DNA of 64,000 nt from Candidatus Krumholzibacteriota bacterium. GTDB taxonomy: Bacteria; Krumholzibacteriota; Krumholzibacteriia; JAJRXK01. A program made the translations under genes and the position numbers. The stretch's first letter is position 1; each line of letters starts with the position of its first letter. Positions 21,331-31,263 of the stretch are shown one piece after another. The stretch lies in assembly GCA_963764625.1 (NCBI GenBank), contig CAVXTH010000009.1:160001-224000 (forward strand). Direction: 5' to 3'. A model generated the notes under the pieces. The model was given only the letters and a program-made list of their open reading frames with translations, was not told the DNA's origin and made no database searches.

Positions 21331-21516
21331 TCAGCGAGATTCCAACTTCGCCCAACACGACCAGACCATGAGGCCCGTGCCGAGCACGAAGAGGTTCGCT
21401 GCTTGGTAACCCAAAACGGATTTCGCACCGTAGAATCGACCCACGACCGCTGCTAGGCAGATGATCATCCCCACGTACGCCACATACGTCCCGAGAGAGG
21501 CAAGGTACTTCTTCAT
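21331..21516 (-). CDS. Small two-TM membrane protein (61 aa)
   Basis: Two hydrophobic helices; GGAGG RBS upstream. Confidence 0.65.
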   Translation of the reverse strand: MKKYLASLGTYVAYVGMIICLAAVVGRFYGAKSVLGYQAANLFVLGTGLMVWSCWAKLESR

Positions 21517-21750
21517 GGATTCCTCCCGAATGAACTTGGCGAGACGTCTCCGCGAGAGAACCTAGAGGAGCACGAGTGGCGCTGGTTCCCTCGGGAGATA
21601 GTCAGGATTTGAACCAACTTCAAAATGCTAGCACCAGGCCGCCGGAAGGGATACAAGAACTGCTTGGCGGCCAGTGAAGCTCGAACTGGAGCGAACTCCG
21701 CGGCGAGCATCGGCCTTCCCGAGACGACAAGCTCAGGGTCCCCGGTGAAC

Positions 21751-23542
21751 TCAGGGGTGGTCTCCCAGCGAGGGCAATTTGTCCAGAGTGTGGCAATCGC
21801 GACAGGCACGCCGCTTGTCTCGGAAGGTCAATTTGCGCGGTTTCGCGCCCGACACCAGCAGAGTGGATGTGGCGCGTGGCTGTGCCAACTCCTGGTGGCA
21901 TGTGAAACAGGGCACGGTGCGGTGGGCCCCCTCGAGCTTGTACCCGAACGATGCGTGGTCCTCCACTCCGATGGTCGAAGGAGTGAAGGAACTCATGTCG
22001 TGACAGCGGCGGCAGGGATTCTTCGCGCTCCAGTCGGCAACCTTCTCGTAACTCCCCGCGTGGGGATCGATATGACAGTCCGCGCAGGCGCGGCCGACGG
22101 ACGCAAAGCTCCAATGGATGCCTGAGGAACCAGCTGGGTCCGCGGGGAGGGAGTTCTTCTCTGCCTTGGGCAGGTGGCACGACTCGCAGCTCGTCTTGGC
22201 GTGAGCCTCCTCCAGAGGCCATCCCAGAGCGGCATGTGCCTTGGCATCGATGCGGGAGGGACGCCAGGCCTCAAGGTCGTGGCACTCGGCACAGTCCCGC
22301 GTGGCATCGATTTCCACCCCGTGCGCCGGCGCGTGACAATTCAGACAGCGCTTCGACTCCATCTTGAAGTGCACCTTCGCGGGACCCCAGGACGGGTCCG
22401 GCTGCGCGCCCTCTTTGACGCGGTGACACTTTCCACACTCGACGCGCGCGTGCGCGCCCGTCAAGGAGAAGGGGGTCTTCGCGTGGCGCTCGAGATCGAA
22501 AGTCGACTGGCGCCAACCCGATTCCGTATGGCAGGAGGAGCAGTCGGGTCGCACTCCTTTCGCACTGACCAGCTGACCCGCGTGCGGGTCCTTGTGACAA
22601 CGATCGCAACGATCGTGAGCTGGACGCTTGCCCCACGCATTGATTGGATCATGGCAGCTCTCGCAGCGAAGCGTTGCATGTTTTCCGCGCAGTGGAAACG
22701 AAGTCAGAGCGTGGTTGAATCCGGTAGTGGCCGCCAATTTGAATCCAGCCGTGCTATGGCAGCCGCGGCAATTCCCTTTGAACCGTCCTTGGTGCGGGTC
22801 GGCGTGACAGGGCTGGCAATCCCGATGGGCCAAAGGACGATAGAGGGGAATCACCTTTCTCTTCGCATCGAGCTTGGCTCCGAGCTGTTGACTCTCGTGA
22901 CACTGCGCGCACTTCAGCTTGGCATGTTCCCCGTCGAGGGGATAATCGGTGCGGCTGTGGTCGAAATTCGCTACCGGACGCCAGGCCTTCATTCCGTGGC
23001 AATGCTGGCAGTCGGCGCCGAGCGTTCCCTTGTGCGGATCGGCGTGGCAGTGCGTGCAATCGGTCTTCAGTCCGAGCCATCCCTTTCCCTCGTGGATGGA
23101 ACCAGCCGGCTCTCTTGCCGCCGCCGAGCCGATTTGGAACTTGGGATTATGACATTGTTCACACTTGAGTCCGGCGTGAGCACCTTCCAGCCGCCAGCCG
23201 CTTTGTTCGTGCTTGAACTTTGAAGCTGAGCCGTCGGGCCAGTCTACGAGCTCGAACTTGGCGCCCGCGTGTTCGGGATGACACTTCTCGCACTCTTTCT
23301 TGCCCATGTGGGCGTGGAGGCCCCTGTTGTTCTCGCGCAGAAAGGCGATGCCTTTGTGACACTCGAGACAATGTTCTTGGATGGTCTCCTGCTTCAGACC
23401 GTGGCAGTGCATGCAGTTGGTGTTGCCTTCCAGCGAAGAATGGGCGGAAGACAGCGGGCCTGGAGATATCTGCGCGGATGCGATCTCCGCTGCGCACGAG
23501 ACTCGAGAGTAAGAGTATCAGGATCCCCAACTTGCGGAGCAC
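21751..23542 (-). CDS. Multiheme cytochrome c with 20 CxxCH motifs; frameshift in signal peptide near 23495
   Basis: Counted 20 CxxCH including CMHCH just 5' of the tracked ORF; N-terminus AQISPGPLSSAHSSLEG; repeats H..t.fpL.GaH...CxxCH. Confidence 0.92.
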
Positions 23543-24976
23543 TCAGACCTCCGAGCTCACAAGAGGAATGTCCTTGTTCACCATCGCAACACCCACTTTG
23601 GTCAAGAACTGCGAGGGCGGCTCGCCTCCAATGCGGATGATGACGTCGTCAGCGGGAAGCTCTTGCGTCGTTTCCCCGATCTCGATCTCAACTCGGCCGG
23701 CATGAATGCGTCGCAGTTGGCTCTGCAAAAGCACCGTCAGCCGCCGAGCGGCGACGGCATTCTCCAACTTTTCGAGATTGCGTTCTTTGACCCGCTGGAA
23801 GGCATCACCGCGGTAGGAGAGTGTCACCTCGCATCCCTCCTGATTGCAGAGCCCGAGGGCAGATTCGATAGCACTGTCGCCACCGCCCACCACGATAACT
23901 TTGCGATCGATGAAGGCCTCCATCTCCACGATGTCGTAGAAGACATTGTCGCTCTCCTCGCCGGAAATCCCCAGGCGCCTCGGGGTGCCCCGGCGTCCCA
24001 TGGCCAGAATGACCCGCCGCGCGCGGACGATCGTCTTGCTCGAGCGTCAATTCGAATAAGTCGTTACGACGGGTGGCGTCTTTCACCCTAGCTCCCGTCG
24101 TCACCTGCAGACCCGTGGTCTCGATGATGGCCTCCCACGCCTTCAGGAGCGCCTCCTTGGTGGTGTCGGAGACCCAGAGATCGCCGTAGAGCGGGACGTT
24201 GATGGGTTCCGCGAGAAGCAACTTGTGCCGCGGATACTTGCGGATGGAATCGGCGAGAGAGCCTTGCTCCAAGAGGACGTACCGCAAACCCTGGCGCTTC
24301 GCCTCCAACCCCGCGCTCAAGCCGGCGGGGCCCGAACCCACGATCGCCACGTCGTAGATGATCGTCGGTTTCCACCGCCGATGCGTTGCAAAGTCGCGGC
24401 CACGTGCTCGGCGGCGATGCGCCCTTCGTTGATGGCGTTCTTGATGAGCCCGCGCCCTCCGAGCTCACCGACGACGTAGAGTCCGCGCACGTTGCTCTGG
24501 AAGTTCACGTCCACTCGAGGCACTTCTACACGGTGCACCATCCCGCCGGTGCTGACGACAATCGCCGACACCGGACAGGCCGCGGCGCAGTCGCCGTGTC
24601 CCACGCAGCGGGACAGGTCGACTACGGCCAACTTTGATTCCAAGTGGAGTGCCCCGTCTTCGGGACAGGCATCCACGCAGGTGGAGCAGCCCACGCAGAG
24701 ATCTGCGCGTACGATGGCATGAGGGCGTCCGCCCGTAGCCAAGGATTCGGAGGAGGATTCTTTTGCTCCCACCACGTCGAAGACCGAAAGCGGTGCGCCA
24801 CAACCCGTGCACTGCGATGCCCCGGAGGGGAGAACGGTCTTGCAACGCGGACAGCGCGGCGCAACCCCCGAAATCTGGCGCCGCACGTGCCAGATCGCAA
24901 AGCTCACCGTGAAGAGAACGAAGATGAGAGTCGTCCAGACCACGTCGAACGTCCTAGTAGAACCAAGTTGCGCCAA
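23543..24976 (-). CDS. Membrane-anchored ferredoxin / FAD-NAD(P) oxidoreductase (TrxB/YpdA-like fold), frameshifts near 24365 and 24035
   Basis: TM helix, CPRC..CTGC ribbon, CVGCSTCVDACP and CVGHGDCAAACP, YDVAIVGSGPAGLSA, ILAMGRRGTPR, VVGGGDSAIESA. Confidence 0.88.
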
Positions 24977-25880
24977 AGAGAACCGCGACTGCCACGTGAA
25001 TCGTCACCGCGATGGCGGCGGTGATCGCCACGGGCAGGTGGGCCACGTGCCAGAAGCGGAAGAGACTCTGCGTTGCATCCAACAGACGCGCCTGTTGACT
25101 CAGCGCCATCTGCCGGCGCGCGATGCGCAACAAATTGCGCAGGGCTTTGCGGTCTAGCGGAGGACGATCGGGTCCCAGGGCTTCCCAGCGGTGTACGATT
25201 TCACGTGCCGCTTTGCGGCGCGAGAAGTCATCGTGCATCATTTGCATGAGGGTCCCTCTGAGTCCCAGACCGCGGGCTGAGACCGGACTGGCCGCGAGCA
25301 CGCTCGAGACGACATCGCGTTCCAGACCGGTGATGTTCGCCAGTTCGACGAGCAGTTGCATCTGTTGCTGCGCCGCCTCGTCGATCCCCAGTGCCACTCC
25401 CTTCCGCGACCGGGGAATCCGCGAGTAGATGTAACGTCCGACGATTCCACTGAACACGACGATGAGCATGGCCAGATAACCCAGTCCGATCAGTCCGGTG
25501 AACCGCCAGGAGGCATGGACTGCGCCGAGGATGGGCAGTGTCAATCCCACGACGATGTGTACGTTGAGCCACTTCCCCACCGAGCCGCTGAACGAGAGCC
25601 AACGCGCCCGCTTTCTGAGCGGATAGAGCCAAAGGAACATGAATCCCAAAAAGAGGAGGATCCCCGCACTCTGTCCGAGGTACCCCGAGGGGCGCAACCA
25701 GGCGTGAAAGGGGTGGCGGACCCTCTCAGAAAGCGGTGCCAGATAGTAGGGGGATCCGGCAATGCAGATGCCCAAGAGAAGCAGATTCGTGAACAGCGCG
25801 GGAGAGATTCCACGACGGCGTGGGGCGGAGTCGGATTGGATGCGGAGTCTTCGGGAACCTACAGAAGCTGATTGCTGCAT
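24954..25880 (-). CDS. Membrane protein with conserved TM histidines (cytochrome b / ferric-reductase-like)
   Basis: YPLRKR, WLNVHIVVG, GAVHASW, SGIVGRYIY, FWHVAHLP, TIHVAV. Confidence 0.75.
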   Translation of the reverse strand: MQQSASVGSRRLRIQSDSAPRRRGISPALFTNLLLLGICIAGSPYYLAPLSERVRHPFHAWLRPSGYLGQSAGILLFLGFMFLWLYPLRKRARWLSFSGSVGKWLNVHIVVGLTLPILGAVHASWRFTGLIGLGYLAMLIVVFSGIVGRYIYSRIPRSRKGVALGIDEAAQQQMQLLVELANITGLERDVVSSVLAASPVSARGLGLRGTLMQMMHDDFSRRKAAREIVHRWEALGPDRPPLDRKALRNLLRIARRQMALSQQARLLDATQSLFRFWHVAHLPVAITAAIAVTIHVAVAVLFGATWFY

Positions 25881-26415
25881 GCGGGACTCCGTCAGAGGGG
25901 AAGATCGTGGCACTCGGATCCCAGAATTGAGGACCCGGCTTCGGGTTTCACCGCCTCCGTGCAACCAGCATGCCTAGAGTAAGGAGCGGTTTGCTCCGCA
26001 GCAAGACCTCCTGGGAGCACCCAAGCATCCACGCAGGGCACCATCCCTGGTTCATTCTGCATCCTCATCGCCGTAAGAACGAATGAGAGTCCTTGATATC
26101 TTGTTTTGTGCGATTCGGGGTCTCGCACGCAACCGGAGGCACTCGTCCCTTGATGGACTTGTGCGGAAATTCATCGCGGTGGGGGGTGAGCTTGGCTATT
26201 CTGCCCTTTATGCAAGTCCAGAATCTGCCTCTTGTCTCGACGGTGATCCCGGAATTCGTCTGGGACCTGCGCGGTTCATGCCCGGACCGCAACCATCGCA
26301 GGGCTGCACTCAGGCGGAGATGCCGATCCCGCCGCTTCGCAGTCGGAAGGGGTTGCGTCGCCGACGCTTCACCCGCGGTGGCCATGACCCACGGCCGTAG
26401 AATCGGGGGAGAAGC

Positions 26416-28014
26416 GTGCGAAAGCTTCGTATTGGTGTCGTCGACCTAGCCCACAAGGGCCCCACTCGAGCCCTCTATGCGCGTGTCATGCACGCCAATC
26501 TCGCCGCCATCATGCCCCAGGTCATCGCGGTCTGGTGTCAGGAACAAGGACATCAGGTCGAGTTCGTCTGTTACACGGGTCTGGAGAATCTCGAAAAGGA
26601 ATTGCCGCGCGATTGCGATCTGGTGTTCTTGTGCAGCTTCACGCAATCCGCGCAGTTGGCCTATGCCCTCAGTAACTACTTTCGCTCCAAGGGTGCGGTC
26701 ACTGCGATTGGCGGCCCGCACGCGCGTTGCTACCCAGAGGACTGCCAGCGCTACTTCGACTACGTTTTTGGCTTCACCGATCGAAAGCTGGTGCAGGACG
26801 TCCTGTGCGATTGCTCCGAACACCGGCCCCAGGGCGTACACATCTCCGCGGAGCAGCAGCCACAAGAACTCCCCAGCTTGCAGCAACGCTGGCCCTTCGT
26901 GGCGAGTACTCTGCGCAAGGCGCCTCTTCTGAAGATCGTCCCGATGATCGGGAGTCTGGGCTGTCCCTACACCTGCGCGTTCTGCATCGACTCCACCGTC
27001 GACTACAAACCACTGGCCTTCGAGGCGCTCAAGAACGACTTGAAGTTTCTGCGTGCCCACATGAAGCATCCGAAGGTCGGTTGGCACGATCCAAATTTCG
27101 GAGTGCGTTTCGACGATTACCTCGATGCCATCGAGGAAGCGGTTCCTCCTGGAAGCGTCGAGTTCGTGGCCGAGAGTTCTCTATCCCTGCTGACCGAGCC
27201 GCATGTGAAGAGGATGCAGCGCAACGGATTCCGAGCGCTCTTGCCGGGTGTCGAGTCCTGGTTCGATTTGGGCAACAAATCGCGCTGCGGAAGTCGTCAG
27301 GCGGAAGACAGGGTTCATCACATTTCCGAGCAGATCAGAATGATCATGCGTTACATTCCCTACGTGCAGGCAAACTTCGTGTTGGGTTTGGACTGCGATC
27401 AGGGAGGCGAGCCCTTCGAACTCACCAAGCAATTCATCGATCTCACTCCGGGCGTCTTCCCCGGGTATTCCCTACTGACCGCCTTTGGTCGTGCGGCGCC
27501 CATGAACCTGGAACTGCAATTGAGCGGTCGCGTGAGGGCGTTTCCTTTCCACTTCCTCGACAACAACCACGCGATGAACGTTGCTCCCCTCAATTATGAG
27601 TGGACCGAGTTCTACGACCACGTCATCGACTTGACCAGCTACACCTTTTCGCTCAAGAGCATGGGCCGTAGATTCATGAGCAACCGGGGTGCGATTCCCC
27701 GCTGGATGAATCTGGTGCGTGGGATCTCGACGGAGGGCTACGGTCGCCTGCACTACTTCCGAGACCTCAGAAAACGACTCGATCAAGATTCCCAATTGCG
27801 CGCCTTCTTCGAGGGCGAGGACGCGGAGATCCCATCCTTCTATGTCGATATGGTGCGCCGCGAGCTGGGGGATCTGTGGCACTGGTTGCCGGAGGGCGCG
27901 TTGGCGCACGACGCGCAAGCCTATCTGAAGGCCTCACGCGACGGGGCCCCACAAGTGGCGACGAGCGTGGCCGCGGCTCTTCCTCAAGCCAAGGCGGCGG
28001 GCGCGGATTCCTAG
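26416..28014 (+). CDS. B12-binding-domain radical SAM protein
   Basis: TAIGGPHA cobalamin-domain motif, SLGCPYTCAFC (CxxxCxxC), GVES, NFVLGLD. Confidence 0.88.
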   Translation: MRKLRIGVVDLAHKGPTRALYARVMHANLAAIMPQVIAVWCQEQGHQVEFVCYTGLENLEKELPRDCDLVFLCSFTQSAQLAYALSNYFRSKGAVTAIGGPHARCYPEDCQRYFDYVFGFTDRKLVQDVLCDCSEHRPQGVHISAEQQPQELPSLQQRWPFVASTLRKAPLLKIVPMIGSLGCPYTCAFCIDSTVDYKPLAFEALKNDLKFLRAHMKHPKVGWHDPNFGVRFDDYLDAIEEAVPPGSVEFVAESSLSLLTEPHVKRMQRNGFRALLPGVESWFDLGNKSRCGSRQAEDRVHHISEQIRMIMRYIPYVQANFVLGLDCDQGGEPFELTKQFIDLTPGVFPGYSLLTAFGRAAPMNLELQLSGRVRAFPFHFLDNNHAMNVAPLNYEWTEFYDHVIDLTSYTFSLKSMGRRFMSNRGAIPRWMNLVRGISTEGYGRLHYFRDLRKRLDQDSQLRAFFEGEDAEIPSFYVDMVRRELGDLWHWLPEGALAHDAQAYLKASRDGAPQVATSVAAALPQAKAAGADS

Positions 28015-28133
28015 TTCGAGTGAACGAACATTAGCTCGCTAAATTGTTGTTTTTTATTTTGTTAGCTCCCAATCCGGATCACAGATTGGCCGCGAGTTCG
28101 AGTGAGTTGAGCTTGAAATCGCGGGGGTGATCC
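28015..28133 (+). promoter_or_regulatory. AT-rich hox operon promoter region
   Basis: A/T tract aaattgttgttttttattttg in GC-rich context; palindrome TTAGC-TC-GCTAA; repeated GTTCGAGTGA and TTAGCTC. Confidence 0.45.
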
Positions 28134-29939
28134 ATGCCGGATCCAATTTCTTCCATCTGCGCGCGCTACGGGAACGACCGTTCGCGGCTGATGGACATCG
28201 TCCGGGAAGTACAAGGCGATCTTGGGTGCATCGATCCCCGGAGCGCGTGCGCGATTGCCGAACAGGTGTCGTGCGAGCCCGTCGAAGTCGAAAGCGCCGT
28301 CTCCTTCTACGCGTTTCTGAGCGATCGTCCCCGAGGACACATTCCCATCCGTCTCTGTAATGACGTCGTCGACCGCATGGCCAAGGTGGAAGACGTGGCC
28401 CGCGTATTCGAGCGCGAGCTGGGCATCCCCATGGGCTCGGTCACCGATGATGGGTTGTTCGGACTGCAATGGACTCCCTGCATCGGAATGAGCGATCAGG
28501 CCCCGGCGGCGCTCATCGGCGAGCTGCCCGTCACCAATCTGACCCCCGAGAGCGTCCCCGAACTTGTGGATACCCTGCGCAAGACCCGGGATCCAGCGGC
28601 GATCCTGTATGCGGTGGGAGACGGCAATAACGCCTCTCCTCTCATCAGAAGCATGGTTCGCAATCACATCGAGAAGTCGGGACCGGCCATTCTGGCACCC
28701 TGGCCGAAAGGCGAAGCGGTATACAAAGCGGCGAAGATGGACCCCGTGCGGATTCTGAAGCTTCTCGACCATTCGGGATTGAAAGGCCGAGGAGGTGCGG
28801 CGTTTCCCACCGGGATGAAGTGGAAGTTCGCGGCCTCCGCGAAAGCTTCGAGCAAGACCGTGATCTGCAACGCCGACGAGGGGGAGCCCGGCACCTTCAA
28901 GGACCGGGTGCTGCTGACCGAATACCCCGGCCTGTTCATCGAGGGCATGGTCATCTCGGCGCGCGCCATCGGCGCGAATGAGGGCATCATCTATTTGCGG
29001 GGCGAGTACCAGTACCTTCGCCGCTTCTTGGAAGCAACCCTACAGGACTATCGGGACGAAAACCTCCTGGGCGATTCCATCGCCAAAGTTCGCGGCTTCG
29101 ATTTCGACATCCGCATTCAGATGGGCGCCGGATCCTATGTCTGTGGCGAAGAGACCGCCCTCATTTCGAGCTGCGAGGGAAGGCGCGGCGACCCCAAGAC
29201 CAAACCGCCTTTTCCGGCCGAAAAGGGTTATCGCGACCAGCCCACGGTGGTGAACAACGTCGAGACTCTCTGCGCCGTCACCCGGATCGTTCTCAACGGG
29301 AGCGAATGGTTCCGTTCGCTCGGAACCGAGTCTTCGCCCGGAACCAAGGTCCTGAGTGTCAGCGGCGATTGCTCCTGGCCAGGGGTCTACGAGTTCGAAT
29401 ACGGGACCAGCCTGCGCGAGGTTTTGAAGAAATCGGGAGCGGAAGACCCCAGAGCGGTCTTGGTTGGCGGACCGTCCGGGCAATTCGTCTCCAAGACCGG
29501 TTTCGATCGGCGCATCGCGTTCGATGATCTGGCCACCAGCGGCGCCATCGTCATTTTCGACCATTCCCGCGATCTCTTGGCCATGGTGGAGCACTACATG
29601 GCGTTCTTCTGTGAAGAGAGCTGCGGTTATTGCACTCCTTGCCGCTTTGGCAACGAGGTAATTCTGCAACTCGTCCAAAAGGTTCGAGCCGGTTGGGGAA
29701 AGCGCGAGGATCTGGATCTATTGCAATCGCTCGGTGCGCTCATGCGGGTTTCTAGCCGCTGCGGATTGGGCCAGACCTCGCACAATCCGGTCACGACCAC
29801 CATGGAGAATTTCCCCGATCTCTACGAAAGCCGGTTGACGGGCGAGCCGGAATTCGATTTGGCCTCGGCGACCTCTCAAGCCGCGGCATTGGCGGGTCAT
29901 CGGTCGACCCATCTGCACGAGGAGGGCGATCGTGGCTGA
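28134..29939 (+). CDS. hoxF: NAD-reducing hydrogenase diaphorase large subunit
   Basis: NuoE-like N-terminus (VSFY, CIGMSDQAPA), GLKGRGGAAFPTG, NADEGEPGTFKDR, GAGSYVCGEE, ESCGYCTPCR, CGLGQ; 601 aa. Confidence 0.95.
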   Translation: MPDPISSICARYGNDRSRLMDIVREVQGDLGCIDPRSACAIAEQVSCEPVEVESAVSFYAFLSDRPRGHIPIRLCNDVVDRMAKVEDVARVFERELGIPMGSVTDDGLFGLQWTPCIGMSDQAPAALIGELPVTNLTPESVPELVDTLRKTRDPAAILYAVGDGNNASPLIRSMVRNHIEKSGPAILAPWPKGEAVYKAAKMDPVRILKLLDHSGLKGRGGAAFPTGMKWKFAASAKASSKTVICNADEGEPGTFKDRVLLTEYPGLFIEGMVISARAIGANEGIIYLRGEYQYLRRFLEATLQDYRDENLLGDSIAKVRGFDFDIRIQMGAGSYVCGEETALISSCEGRRGDPKTKPPFPAEKGYRDQPTVVNNVETLCAVTRIVLNGSEWFRSLGTESSPGTKVLSVSGDCSWPGVYEFEYGTSLREVLKKSGAEDPRAVLVGGPSGQFVSKTGFDRRIAFDDLATSGAIVIFDHSRDLLAMVEHYMAFFCEESCGYCTPCRFGNEVILQLVQKVRAGWGKREDLDLLQSLGALMRVSSRCGLGQTSHNPVTTTMENFPDLYESRLTGEPEFDLASATSQAAALAGHRSTHLHEEGDRG

Positions 29940-30639
29940 AAAGATCACTCTGAGCATCGATGGAAAGAGAGTCGAAGCCAAAGCCGGGAAGACCATCCTG
30001 GAAACGGCGCAGGAGAACGGAATCTACGTTCCGCACCTGTGTGCCTTCAAGGAGTTGCATCCGACGGGGGCGTGCCGCGTCTGTCTGGTGAGAGTGAATG
30101 GTCGGGTCATGGCCTCCTGCACGCAGCCGGTCAGCCAGGATGCGACGGTGGAGATCGAGACGCACGAGCTCCACGAGATGAGGCGCATGATCATCGAAAT
30201 GCTCTTCGCGGAAGGCAACCACTTCTGCCCGTGCTGTGAGAAGAGCGGGGATTGTGAGCTTCAAGCTCTCGCCTATCGCTTCGGCATCGAGAAAGTACGA
30301 TTTCCCTACCAGTTTCCCGATCGCCGCGTCGATGCCCAGCATCCCTACGTCTATGTCGATCATAACCGATGCATCCTCTGCGGCCGCTGCATCCAGGCGG
30401 CTCGGGAGCGCGAGAATGGGACGGCGTTCGAATTCATCGGGCGCGGGAAGAGCAAGAGAGTGGTGGTGACCCACGACATGGACCAGGAGAGCGCGGACGA
30501 GGCGGTCCAGGCCTGTCCGGTAGGAGCCATTTTGCGCAAGGCCAACGCGTTCGCGGTACCAGTCGGAAAGCGCCGCTTCGACCACACCCCTATCGGTTCC
30601 GAGGTCGAATCCGCTCATCCGGAGGTGAAAGCTCCATGA
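29932..30639 (+). CDS. hoxU: NAD-reducing hydrogenase diaphorase small subunit
   Basis: PHLC..GACRVC..SC [2Fe-2S], HFCPCCEKSGDCELQ, CILCGRC, ACPVGAI. Confidence 0.95.
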   Translation: MAEKITLSIDGKRVEAKAGKTILETAQENGIYVPHLCAFKELHPTGACRVCLVRVNGRVMASCTQPVSQDATVEIETHELHEMRRMIIEMLFAEGNHFCPCCEKSGDCELQALAYRFGIEKVRFPYQFPDRRVDAQHPYVYVDHNRCILCGRCIQAARERENGTAFEFIGRGKSKRVVVTHDMDQESADEAVQACPVGAILRKANAFAVPVGKRRFDHTPIGSEVESAHPEVKAP

Positions 30640-31190
30640 CCACGGCAGTGAAACCGCGAATCGCGACCACGTCTTTGGCCGGATGCTTCGGATGTCACAT
30701 GTCCCTTCTGGACATCGACGAGCGAATCCTCGAACTGGTGGAACTCGCCGAGTTCGACCGCTGTCCTATCGACGACATCAAGGAATTCCACGCACACTGC
30801 GCGATCGGTCTGGTGGAAGGAGGATGCTCGAACGATGAAAACGTGCATGTGCTGCAAGCGATTCGCAAGAGCTGTCAGATCCTGGTGTCCGTCGGCGAGT
30901 GCGCGCGCACCGGAGGCATTCCCGCCCTGCGGAATCCAATCGCGCTCCGCGAATGTCTCGACGAGGCGTTCAAGAGCGGTCCGACCGTCTACAACCCGAG
31001 TGGGATGATCCCTAATGACCCTGAGATTCCACTGCTTCTGAACCGCGTCATTCCCTGTCACGAAGTGGTCAAAATCGATTATCACATCATGGGGTGCCCG
31101 CCGTCGGCGGAGACCCTTTGGAAGGTACTGACCGCTCTGCTATCGAACGAAGACGTGGAGTTGCCGTACGAACTCATCAAGTACGACTGA
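30636..31190 (+). CDS. hoxY: [NiFe]-hydrogenase small subunit
   Basis: [27 protein letters not shown]; single-cluster truncated small subunit. Confidence 0.95.
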   Translation: MTTAVKPRIATTSLAGCFGCHMSLLDIDERILELVELAEFDRCPIDDIKEFHAHCAIGLVEGGCSNDENVHVLQAIRKSCQILVSVGECARTGGIPALRNPIALRECLDEAFKSGPTVYNPSGMIPNDPEIPLLLNRVIPCHEVVKIDYHIMGCPPSAETLWKVLTALLSNEDVELPYELIKYD

Positions 31191-31263
31191 GCGATCGTTT
31201 CGAGTACGAGCGTACCAGCGGCCGGCTCGAGGACTTCCGGGCAGTTACCAAAAGGATTCGAGA

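Noticed and set aside
26100-26180. Possible Rex/FNR-like sites in the divergent region upstream of the redox module
   Set aside because: Only partial matches (ttgtgcggaaattcatcg, about 9 of 14 Rex positions); too weak in GC-rich DNA.
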